Source: a bacterium
GTDB lineage: Bacteria > Sysuimicrobiota > Sysuimicrobiia > Sysuimicrobiales > Humicultoraceae
DNA: 12,790 bases
Direction: 5' to 3'
Assembly: GCA_041497675.1 (NCBI GenBank)
Contig: JBGQGY010000105.1
Location: 1 to 12,790, forward strand
Below the pieces are notes generated by a model that ran no database searches, was not told where the DNA came from, and was given only the letters and a program-made list of their open reading frames with translations. Shown in pieces: positions 1 through 7,506 of the stretch (position 1 is the stretch's first letter; the number at the start of each line of letters is the position of its first letter). The position numbers and the translations under genes are program-made.

Positions 1-1254
1 CGCGGCGAGATCCTCATGACGGCCGCCGCCGCGGTCCGCCACGCGTTGAACGATCTAGCGCAGCTGCTGACCAGTGAGCAGGGCAAGCCGCTGCGCGAGG
101 CCCGACTCGAGATCAGCCGATTCGTCCACACGCTGGAGCACTACGCCGGTCTGGCCAAGAACCTGCGGGGCGGCTACGTGCCCAACCTGGACGAAGGCGC
201 GTATGGCATGATTCTCAAGATGCCGCTGGGCGTGGTCGGCGCGATCGTCCCTTGGAACTTTCCGACGACGTTGCTGGGGAACAAGCTTGGACCCGCGCTC
301 GTGGCCGGCAATACGCTCGTCGCCAAACCGGCGGAGACCACGCCGCTCACGACGCTGCGCATCGCGGGGCTGATGCACGAGGCCGGGCTGCCCGCCGGCG
401 CGTTCAACGTGATCACGGGAGCCGGATCGGTCGCCGGGCGCGCGCTGGTCGAGCACCCCCTGGTGCGCAAGGTGGGGTTTACCGGGTCGACGCCGGTGGG
501 AAAGAGCATCATGATCATGGCGGCCGCCGATCTGAAGCGCGTCACGCTGGAACTGGGCGGATCCGATCCGCTGATCGTCTGCGACGATGCCGATCTCGAC
601 GGTGCGGCCAGCGCGGCCAGTGTCGGCCGGTTCTTCAACTGCGGGCAGGCCTGTCTGGCGGTGAAACGGCTCTACCTGTTCCGGGGCATCGCCGATGCGT
701 TTGTCGACCGGTTGGTGGCCAAGGTCGCACGGCTCAAGGTCGGTCCCGGCACGATGGACGGGATCACAGTGGGTCCGCTGCACACCGCCCGGGGCCGCGA
801 GGAGATCGAAGCGCAGGTCGCGGACGCTGTGGCCGCGGGCGCGAAGGTGCTGGCCGGTGGGCGCAGACCCACCGGCGATCTCTACCATCGCGGGCACTTC
901 TATGAACCAACGCTGCTGCTCGAACCCCGGCGCGACTCGCAGGTCGCCACAGACGAAGTCTTCGGACCGGTGCTCCCGATCTGGCGGGTCGACGATCTTA
1001 ACGAGGCGATCCGGCTGGCCAACAGTTCGATCTTCGGGCTCGGATCGTCGATCTGGACGCGTGATCTCGACCGGGCCTCGTACGCGGCCGAGCGGCTGGA
1101 GGCGGGGTATACGTGGATTAACTCTCCGCAGAAGATCTACGATGAACTGCCGTTTGGCGGGGTGAAGCAGAGCGGGCAGGGCAAAGAGCACGGCATCGAG
1201 GCGCTCGACTATTATATGGAGACCAAATCCGTTGTCATCAAAAGGTCATCCTGA
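1..1254 (+). CDS. NAD(P)-dependent aldehyde dehydrogenase (ALDH superfamily), 5'-partial
   Basis: Frame is open from base 1 (RGEILM...), so the true start lies upstream of the window. Motifs: IVPWNFP, KPAETTP, GFTGSTPVG, LELGGSDP (catalytic Glu), FNCGQAC (catalytic Cys), EVFGPV, PFGGVKQSG. Confidence 0.96.
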   Translation, partial: RGEILMTAAAAVRHALNDLAQLLTSEQGKPLREARLEISRFVHTLEHYAGLAKNLRGGYVPNLDEGAYGMILKMPLGVVGAIVPWNFPTTLLGNKLGPALVAGNTLVAKPAETTPLTTLRIAGLMHEAGLPAGAFNVITGAGSVAGRALVEHPLVRKVGFTGSTPVGKSIMIMAAADLKRVTLELGGSDPLIVCDDADLDGAASAASVGRFFNCGQACLAVKRLYLFRGIADAFVDRLVAKVARLKVGPGTMDGITVGPLHTARGREEIEAQVADAVAAGAKVLAGGRRPTGDLYHRGHFYEPTLLLEPRRDSQVATDEVFGPVLPIWRVDDLNEAIRLANSSIFGLGSSIWTRDLDRASYAAERLEAGYTWINSPQKIYDELPFGGVKQSGQGKEHGIEALDYYMETKSVVIKRSS

Positions 1255-1269
1255 AGAGGGCGAACAGCG

Positions 1270-2817
1270 ATGACGATCCCGGAACGCTACAATGTTTCGT
1301 CCTTGCTCGATCGCAACCTTGAAGCCGGACGCGCGGATCGGATCGCGATCTCGTGCGGCGACGAACGGGTCACCTATCGGGAGCTCATCAGACGGGTGAA
1401 TCGATTCGCGAGCGCGTTGAGCAGTCATGGGTTCCGGCGGGACGAGCGCGTGGTGATGGTGCTCAACGACAGCCCCGCGTTTCCCGTCGCGTTCTTCGGC
1501 GCGATCCGCGCGGGGTGCGTCCCGGTGCCGGCCAATCCGCTCTTGAAGTGGGAAGACCAGCGGTACTTCATCACGGACAGTTACGCCCGGGCCGTGGTCG
1601 TCGATCACGAGCACTACGAGAAGGTCCGGCGGGCGCTGGACGGCCACCCCGGCCGCGTCGAGGTCATCGTGGCCAACGGCACGATCCCCGGGACCACGTC
1701 GCTCGACGAGTTTCTCCGCTCGGGCCGCGATGACGTGGCGCCGGCGAACACGCATCGCGACGACATGGCCTTCTGGCTCTACAGTTCGGGCAGCACCGGC
1801 AACCCCAAGGGCGTCGTGCACCTTCACCACGACATCCCGTTTTGTTGCGAGGCCTACGGCCGGCACGTGCTCAAGATCCGCGATACCGACATCACCTTCG
1901 CGGCGTCAAAACTGTTCCACGCGTATGGTCTGGGCGCGAATATGTACTTCCCGTATTGGGTCGGCGCATCGACCGTGCTGCATCCGGGCCGCCCGGCGCC
2001 CCAGGCGATTTTCGAGGTCATCCAGCGCCACCGGCCCACGCTGTTCTTCAGCGTGCCGACATTCTACAACGCGCTGCTGAATTTCCCCGAGGCGCGGCGC
2101 TATGATCTCTCGTCGATCCGTCTGTGCGTGTCTGCGGCAGAGGCGCTCCCGCCTGAGATCTGGCGGCGTTGGAAAGAAGCGTTTGGACACGCGCTGTGCG
2201 ACGGGATCGGCACCACCGAGCTGCTGCACATCTTTATGTCGAACACACCCGAGGCCACACAGCCCGGGTCCAGCGGCCGGCCCGTCCCCGGCTATGACGT
2301 GAGAGTGGTCGACGACGGCGGGCAGCCGGTTGCGCCGGGACACGCGGGGCACCTGCACGTGCGGGGTGATTCCGCGGCACCGTTCTACTGGCATTTTCAT
2401 GAGAAATCCAAAGCCACGATGGTCGGCGACTGGATGCGCACCGGCGACTGGTATCGTGTCGGCGAAGACGGCTTCTACTATTCTGAAGGGCGATCCGACG
2501 ACATGATGAAGGTCGGCGGGCTGTGGGTGTCTCCGGTGGCGATGGAGAACGCCTTGATGGAACACGGCGCGGTGCTCGAGGCCGCGGTGGTCGGTGTGCC
2601 CGTCGAAGGGCTGAACAGGATGAAAGCCTTTGTGATCCTGCGTGAAGGCCGCCAGGGTACCCAGGCCCTGGTCGAAGAGCTGCAGCAATGGTGCAAGGAA
2701 CGGCTGGCGCGGTATCAGTATCCGCAGATGGTCGAGTTCGTCCCCGATCTGCCGAAGACCGTGACTGGGAAGATCCAGCGGTTCAAACTGCGCCAGATGC
2801 AGCCGGTGGAAGGCTAG
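1270..2817 (+). CDS. Benzoate-CoA ligase family aryl/acyl-CoA ligase (ANL superfamily)
   Basis: N-terminus IPERYNVSSLLDRNL, P-loop FWLYSSGSTGNPKGVVH, KLFHAYGLG, VSAAEALP, DGIGTTELLHIF, TGD, GRSDDMMKVGGLWVSP and LPKTVTGKIQRFKLR match the benzoate-CoA ligase family. GAGGG SD-like sequence upstream; 15 nt after the ALDH stop. Confidence 0.93.
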   Translation: MTIPERYNVSSLLDRNLEAGRADRIAISCGDERVTYRELIRRVNRFASALSSHGFRRDERVVMVLNDSPAFPVAFFGAIRAGCVPVPANPLLKWEDQRYFITDSYARAVVVDHEHYEKVRRALDGHPGRVEVIVANGTIPGTTSLDEFLRSGRDDVAPANTHRDDMAFWLYSSGSTGNPKGVVHLHHDIPFCCEAYGRHVLKIRDTDITFAASKLFHAYGLGANMYFPYWVGASTVLHPGRPAPQAIFEVIQRHRPTLFFSVPTFYNALLNFPEARRYDLSSIRLCVSAAEALPPEIWRRWKEAFGHALCDGIGTTELLHIFMSNTPEATQPGSSGRPVPGYDVRVVDDGGQPVAPGHAGHLHVRGDSAAPFYWHFHEKSKATMVGDWMRTGDWYRVGEDGFYYSEGRSDDMMKVGGLWVSPVAMENALMEHGAVLEAAVVGVPVEGLNRMKAFVILREGRQGTQALVEELQQWCKERLARYQYPQMVEFVPDLPKTVTGKIQRFKLRQMQPVEG

Positions 2818-3049
2818 ATGTCCCTCAGATAGCGTTGGAATTGGAAGCGGTTTTCCAGCAGGGGCAGATCGGTCAGAAATGTACTCGGCCCCGTGGCGTC
2901 AACCTTCGCCACGACGGTGGCGAGATCCACGGGCGTAAACTCCGTCGTGAAGTGCGCTCGTAGACCTCGAAGCAGACGTCCTCGACCGCGCGAACCGGGC
3001 CGGAAGCCGTCTGGCAGGTCTCGCGCATGTTCATCTGAGCGAGTTCCAT
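2814..3049 (-). pseudogene. Probable chimeric remnant: N-terminus of an ABC transporter ATP-binding protein joined out of frame to the C-terminal 46 codons of another gene
   Basis: ATG at 3049 gives MELAQMNMRETCQTASGPVRAVEDVCFEVYE, resembling the pre-Walker-A segment of ABC ATPases, but no Walker A follows. A second frame (2954-2814) reads HFTTEFTPVDLATVVAKVDATGPSTFLTDLPLLENRFQFQRYLRDI*. G/C-ending codons by hand count: 27/31 and 35/46. Its stop overlaps the ligase stop in CTAG. Confidence 0.5.
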
Positions 3050-3099
3050 TCCCCGCCGGCCCCCCGGCCCCTCCCGACGGGGAGGACCCGTGACGAGCA

Positions 3100-4047
3100 T
3101 TGCGCAAGTGTCTCCTGGTGACCGTATCTGCCGCTGAGAAGCTTGTGGGCCTGACCGAGGCTGTCGAACGTTTCGTACCAGATGGAGCATCAGTGGCCAT
3201 GGGGACCTGTCTGGAGTCGATGATCCCCTTTGCGGCCGGGCATGAGATCATCCGCCATCGCCGGCGTGACCTCACGCTGGTCGGTCCGATCGCCGACATC
3301 CTGTTCGATCAGCTGATCGGCGCAGGGTGCGTGGCGCGGATCCAGGCGGCCTGGGTGGGTAACGTCAGCGCCGGGTTGGGCTACGCGTACCGGCGCGCGG
3401 CCGAGCAGGGCGTGCCGCGACCGATCACCGTCGAAGACTACACGAACTACACGATCTCGCTGGCCTTGTGGGCGGGCGCGCACGGCATGCCGTTCTCGCC
3501 CGTGCGGTCGGGGCCCGGCAGCGACATCATCAAGGATCACCCAGGATTCGCCGACGTGTCTTCACCCTTCGATGGCGGGCGGGTGCCGGTGGTAAGGGCG
3601 GTCCGCCCCGATGTGGCCATCATCGCGGTGCAGCGTGCCGACCCCGCCGGCAACGCGCACCTCTGGGGGCACGTTGGGATCACGGAGGAAGCCGGGCTGG
3701 CCGCCGACCGCATCATCTTGCTCGCGGAAGAGATCGTGGGTCGCGAAGTGACTCTCAGCGACCCCAACCGCGTGCTGTACCCGGCGTTCATGGTGTGCGC
3801 GGTGGTGCACTGCCCGGGCGGCTGTCATCCCAGCCCCGTGCAGGGGTACTACGGCCGCGATCACGCCTTCTACACGGACTATCACCACGCGACCCGGTCG
3901 CCGGAAGGCATGGCGGCCTGGCTCGATCAATGGGTGTACGCGATCCCGGACCGCCCGGCCTATCTGCGCGCGCTTGGCCGCGAACGATGGGAAGGACTCC
4001 GACAGCTGCGGTCGGCGCCCGCGGCACTCGTGGACTACGCCTGGTAG
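3100..4047 (+). CDS. CoA-transferase family I, alpha subunit (glutaconate CoA-transferase GctA / CatI-like)
   Basis: KLVGLTEAVERFVPDG, IPFAAGHEIIR, LTLVGPIADILFDQLIGAGC, WVGN, PDVAIIAVQRADPAGN, HPSPVQGYYGRD. Start uncertain (TTG 3100 or GTG 3118; no clear SD for either). Confidence 0.92.
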   Translation: MRKCLLVTVSAAEKLVGLTEAVERFVPDGASVAMGTCLESMIPFAAGHEIIRHRRRDLTLVGPIADILFDQLIGAGCVARIQAAWVGNVSAGLGYAYRRAAEQGVPRPITVEDYTNYTISLALWAGAHGMPFSPVRSGPGSDIIKDHPGFADVSSPFDGGRVPVVRAVRPDVAIIAVQRADPAGNAHLWGHVGITEEAGLAADRIILLAEEIVGREVTLSDPNRVLYPAFMVCAVVHCPGGCHPSPVQGYYGRDHAFYTDYHHATRSPEGMAAWLDQWVYAIPDRPAYLRALGRERWEGLRQLRSAPAALVDYAW

Positions 4048-4050
4048 CGC

Positions 4051-4824
4051 ATGAGGGACGTCTCCCCCGGAGAGGTCATGGTGACCGCGGCCGCTCGCGA
4101 GATCCACGACGGCGAGGTGGTCTTCGTCGGGATGCGGCTACCGCTGATCGCCTTTCAACTCGCGAAGTTCACCCACGCGCCCGGCGCGGTCGGCGTCTTC
4201 GAGAACGGCATCGTGCGCGAAACGCCGAGTAGCGAGTTCCTGTTGACCATGGGCGACCCGCCCAACGTGGTTGGCGCCAACATGTGTACGCGGATGCCGG
4301 TCGCCATGGCGTTATTGGGACGCGGCCGCGTGGATCTTGGGTTCATCGGGGGCGCCGAGGTCGACCGTTTTGGGAACGTGAACTCGTCGTACATCGGGTC
4401 GCGGTCGCACCCCAGGGTGAAACTGCCGGGCAGTGGCGGCGCGTGCGACATCGCGTCGCTGGCCGGCCGGCTGCTCGTGATCATGTCGCATGAACGGCAC
4501 CGGTTGTGCGAGAGGGTGGACTATGTCACGTCACCTGGATTCCTGCGCGGGCGCGAGCAACGCCGCACGGCAGGTCTGACGGGTGGTGGACCCTCGGCGC
4601 TGATCACGACGCTGGCGGTATTTGAGTTCGACGCGCAGAGCGGCGAGGCCGTGTTGCGGTCACACCATCCCGGCGTGTCCATCGAGCAGATCCGCGAGCA
4701 CACGGGGTGGCCGCTGCGAGTCTCGCCGGATGTCTGCGAGACACCGACACCAACCGGGGAGGAGTTGTCGATTATCCGGCGGCTGGACCCGCAGGGCTTC
4801 TGGACAGGTCAGAAGGACGGCTGA
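4051..4824 (+). CDS. CoA-transferase family I, beta subunit (GctB / CatJ-like)
   Basis: AAAREIHDGEVVFVGMRLP, VFENG (catalytic Glu position), DLGFIGGAEVDRFGNVNSS, LPGSGGACDIAS, VDYVTSPG, HPGVSIEQIREHTGW; starts 3 nt after the alpha subunit stop. Confidence 0.93.
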   Translation: MRDVSPGEVMVTAAAREIHDGEVVFVGMRLPLIAFQLAKFTHAPGAVGVFENGIVRETPSSEFLLTMGDPPNVVGANMCTRMPVAMALLGRGRVDLGFIGGAEVDRFGNVNSSYIGSRSHPRVKLPGSGGACDIASLAGRLLVIMSHERHRLCERVDYVTSPGFLRGREQRRTAGLTGGGPSALITTLAVFEFDAQSGEAVLRSHHPGVSIEQIREHTGWPLRVSPDVCETPTPTGEELSIIRRLDPQGFWTGQKDG

Positions 4825-4829
4825 CGACA

Positions 4830-5050
4830 ATGGGATTTCTCTTCCGGTTCCTTTTTGAAGTGGGCGAGAAGGTTTTGTTGAACACTGTCGTGGTTTGGAC
4901 GGGGGAAGTCATTCTTTATTATGTAACATTCGCAAGACATAAGCCTCGATGGAACCTAACGTTCATGGTATCCGGTCTAAGTGGTTGGTGGGGGTCCTGT
5001 TTTGGGTGGTCGTCCTCGTAATAGTGTTCTATGCTTTCGGGGGACCTACG
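4830..5050 (+). pseudogene. Small AT-rich membrane protein gene, apparently frameshifted near 4955-4980
   Basis: Frame from ATG 4830: MGFLFRFLFEVGEKVLLNTVVVWTGEVILYYVTFARHKPRWN (stop at 5021). The shifted frame supplies a clean hydrophobic helix WLVGVLFWVVVLVIVFYAFGG (4982-5044). GC of 4831-5040 is 99/210 (~47%) by hand count versus about 67% in a sampled flank (4021-4080). Confidence 0.5.
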
Positions 5051-5197
5051 TGTACGTTTCGCCCGTGTCCACCAGAGCGTCAACGGGAGCAAACGGCCCC
5101 ACGTCGGTCGCCCCGATATCAACACGTTGTCGAAACAGACCCATGCCCATTTCCCTCCGATTGTACCTTTGATGATGTCGTACAGGGCGTGAAACCG

Positions 5198-5656
5198 ATG
5201 GAAACCGCGAACCGACCACACTACTACGAAGACCTCAAGATTGGCATGAAATTTCCAACTCCCCGCCGGACCATCACCGAGGCGGATCTGATGAACTTTG
5301 CGGGCGTCTCGGGTGACTACAACCGCCTGCACACCAACGAGGAGTTCGCGCGGACCACGATCTTTGGACGGCGCGTCGCGCACGGCACGCTCGTATTGTC
5401 CATTTCCCAGGGACTGCGTCAGCGCGCCGGGGTATTCGAGGGGACGCTGATGGCTTTGCTGGAGATCCGCTCGTGGCGGTTCCTCAAGCCGGTGTTTATC
5501 GGCGACACGGTGGGCGTCGAAACGGAAGTGGCCGATCTGCGCGAGACGTCACAGCCCGACCGCGGCGTCGTCGTGCAGCGCGTTCGGGTCTTCAATCAGC
5601 GTGACGAGCTGGTGCAGGAAGGCGATCTCGTGAGTCTGATTCGCCGGAGGATCTGA
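5198..5656 (+). CDS. MaoC/PaaZ-C-terminal-like (R)-enoyl-CoA hydratase/dehydratase (hot-dog fold), 152 aa
   Basis: YYEDLKIG, RRTITEADLMNFAGVSGDYNRLH (hydratase-2 D-x4-H motif), FGRRVAHG, FLKPVFIGDT, NQRDELV. Family similarity begins just after ATG 5198, so this start is preferred over 4949. Confidence 0.92.
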   Translation: METANRPHYYEDLKIGMKFPTPRRTITEADLMNFAGVSGDYNRLHTNEEFARTTIFGRRVAHGTLVLSISQGLRQRAGVFEGTLMALLEIRSWRFLKPVFIGDTVGVETEVADLRETSQPDRGVVVQRVRVFNQRDELVQEGDLVSLIRRRI

Positions 5657-5669
5657 TCAGCAGTCCGGG

Positions 5670-6881
5670 TCAGTTCATCATCTCCACTGCGAGGGCCACG
5701 GCCTCCCCACCGCCGAGACACAGGCAGGCAAGACCGCGCCGAAGGCCGCGATGTTTCAGCGCGTGCACCAGCGTGGTCAGGATGCGCGCGCCCGTGGCGC
5801 CGAGCGGGTGCCCCAACGCAATCGCGCCCCCATTGACGTTGACCTTGTCCCAGTTCCACCCTTGGCCGGCGAGCGCGTATCCGTTGGCGAGGATCTGAGC
5901 GGCAAACGCTTCATTCACCTCCAGCAGGTCCACGTCGTCAAGGGTCCATCCGAGTTTCTCGAGCAAACGCGGAATCGCCCTGGCCGGGGCGGCGAAGATG
6001 AACTTCGGCTCAACGGCCGCCTGCGAATACCCGGCGATGCGCGCCAGCGGCCGGGCGCCGATCGCCTGCGCTTTCGCCCGGCTCGCGATGACCAGGGCTG
6101 CGGCGGCATCGTTTAAGCCCGGCGCGTTACCGGCGGTCACGCGGCCGTTGGGCGTGAAGGCGGGCGGGAGCGTGCTCAATGCGTCCAAGGAGGTGTCGCG
6201 GCGAGGCGACTCGTCGCGGTCGACGGTGGTTGTCTCGCCGGATCGCCCCTTCGTGCGCACCGGGACGATCTCGGCCGTGAACCCGCCGCTGTCGGCCGCG
6301 GCAACGGCCTTCTGGTGACTGGCGAGCGCATACCGATCCATCGCGTCGCGCGTGACGTTGAACTCTTCGGCGATGAACTCCGCGGCGTTACCCATGGCCC
6401 AGTCTTCAAAGGCACACCACAGTCCGTCAACGAGCAACGCGTCCCGGAGTTCTCGATTGCCGTACCGCAACTGGTTCATGCGGCCGTCGACCAGGTGGGG
6501 CGTGCGACTCATGCTCTCCACGCCGCCGGCCACAAACAGGTCGCCGTCACCGGCCCGGATGGCCTGTGCCGCGAACATCACCGCCTTCAGGCTGGCGCCG
6601 CAGACCTTGTTGATCGTCGTGGCGCCGACGGTGCTCGGGAGCCCGCCCCGGAGCGCCGTCTGCCGGGCGATGTTTTGCCCGAGACCGGCAGAGACGACGT
6701 TGCCCATGAAGACTTCATCCACCTCGTCCATCTTGGGGAGCGCGGCCCGTTCAACCGCAGCGCGGACGACCGTGCCTCCGAGTTCGGCGGCCGTGATCGT
6801 TCCGAGCCCACCCTGCAATCGTCCGATGGGCGTGCGGACGGCGCTCAGAATGACGGCGTCATTGGCGCCATTGGATGACAT
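5670..6881 (-). CDS. Acetyl-CoA C-acyltransferase (thiolase), 403 aa
   Basis: AVRTPIG, TTINKVCGAS (catalytic Cys), AGGVESMS, VTAGNAPGLNDAA, EVNEAFA, GHPLGATG, CLGGG. Start placed at ATG 6881 because AGGAGG lies just upstream on the minus strand. Confidence 0.96.
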   Translation of the reverse strand: MSSNGANDAVILSAVRTPIGRLQGGLGTITAAELGGTVVRAAVERAALPKMDEVDEVFMGNVVSAGLGQNIARQTALRGGLPSTVGATTINKVCGASLKAVMFAAQAIRAGDGDLFVAGGVESMSRTPHLVDGRMNQLRYGNRELRDALLVDGLWCAFEDWAMGNAAEFIAEEFNVTRDAMDRYALASHQKAVAAADSGGFTAEIVPVRTKGRSGETTTVDRDESPRRDTSLDALSTLPPAFTPNGRVTAGNAPGLNDAAAALVIASRAKAQAIGARPLARIAGYSQAAVEPKFIFAAPARAIPRLLEKLGWTLDDVDLLEVNEAFAAQILANGYALAGQGWNWDKVNVNGGAIALGHPLGATGARILTTLVHALKHRGLRRGLACLCLGGGEAVALAVEMMN

Positions 6882-7037
6882 ATCGCTCCTCCTGCGGCTC
6901 TTGTTTCCTCTTCCAGCATATCGCGCCAAAGGCCACATGCACAGCGCGGCCACGGCGCGGCTCTGGCGAAGGAGTGCGGCGGGCCGTAAGCAAACCTAAC
7001 GTTCGATCACTGAGATAGGACCGTGAGGTGAAAAGCC
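6882..7037. promoter_or_regulatory. Divergent intergenic region between the thiolase and the CMD-amidohydrolase-ABC operon
   Basis: 156-bp non-coding gap between divergent genes, expected to carry promoters. Minus-strand SD AGGAGG near 6888-6893, candidate minus-strand -10 TATGCT at 6915-6920, plus-strand SD GAGGTG at 7025-7030. No convincing -35 element. Confidence 0.55.
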
Positions 7038-7454
7038 ATGGATCATCTGCCGGAGTCGAAACTGTCGTCGGGCGAGATCGACACGTTAAAGAAGGCGTAC
7101 ACTGACCTGTTGGGATTCGTGCCGCCCCGGTTTGCGGCTCGGGCAGACTTGATGTCGCGGTTGGATCCCGAAGGGCTGGTCGTGCAGGAAGAGATGCGCC
7201 GCCACTTCATGAACCCGCAGTGTTTCGACGCCAAGACCACCCAACTGATGCTGTTTGGGATGCTCCTGGTGAACTTGCAGGACGCCGCCAGGATCCACGC
7301 GGTCGCCGCCCGCCGCGCGGGAGCGACCTGGGAAGAGCTCACGGCGGTCATGGGGCTCGCGTTCCTGTTCCGTGGCTTGTCGGCGGCGAATATCGGCTCG
7401 CACGTGTTGCAGGAAATGGCCGCATCCGAACGCGACGGAGGAGGCAAACGATGA
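7038..7454 (+). CDS. Carboxymuconolactone decarboxylase (CMD)/AhpD-fold family protein
   Basis: LLGFVPP, FDAKTTQLMLFGMLL, RIHAVAARRAGATWEEL, FRGLSAA fit the CMD helical pattern. GAGGTG SD upstream. No CxxC. Confidence 0.85.
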   Translation: MDHLPESKLSSGEIDTLKKAYTDLLGFVPPRFAARADLMSRLDPEGLVVQEEMRRHFMNPQCFDAKTTQLMLFGMLLVNLQDAARIHAVAARRAGATWEELTAVMGLAFLFRGLSAANIGSHVLQEMAASERDGGGKR

Positions 7455-7506
7455 ACGCACGATTCCGCGGCGCCGTATGTAGCCTGCCGCTAGGAGGACA
7501 CGAGAC

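Noticed and set aside
55..1191. Long antisense ORFs (e.g. 55-1191, 1906-2688, 7348-8427, 8651-9538, 10188-11054)
   Set aside because: They are shadows of well-supported genes in high-GC DNA and show no recognisable motifs.
4953..4964. 12-mer AACCTAACGTTC repeated at 6993-7004, containing an attC-like RYYYAAC
   Set aside because: A 12-bp match can arise by chance in 12.8 kb; no complementary GTTRRRY hairpin or integrase is present, and the copies do not bound a plausible element.
5191..5207. GAAACCG repeated around the maoC start codon
   Set aside because: Two short copies only, one within coding sequence; no array or CRISPR-like structure.
5657..5669. Terminator between convergent maoC and thiolase
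   Set aside because: Only 13 nt, with no stem-loop plus U-tract on either strand.
6913..6932. Sigma-54 promoter on the minus strand (TGGCGCGATATGC)
   Set aside because: GG to GC spacing is 8 nt rather than the required 10.
6882..6953. Longer thiolase start at 6953
   Set aside because: A strong AGGAGG precedes ATG 6881 and thiolase similarity begins after it.
6944..6961. Direct repeat GCGCGGC with 11-bp period in the divergent region
   Set aside because: An all-GC 7-mer is expected by chance at this base composition.
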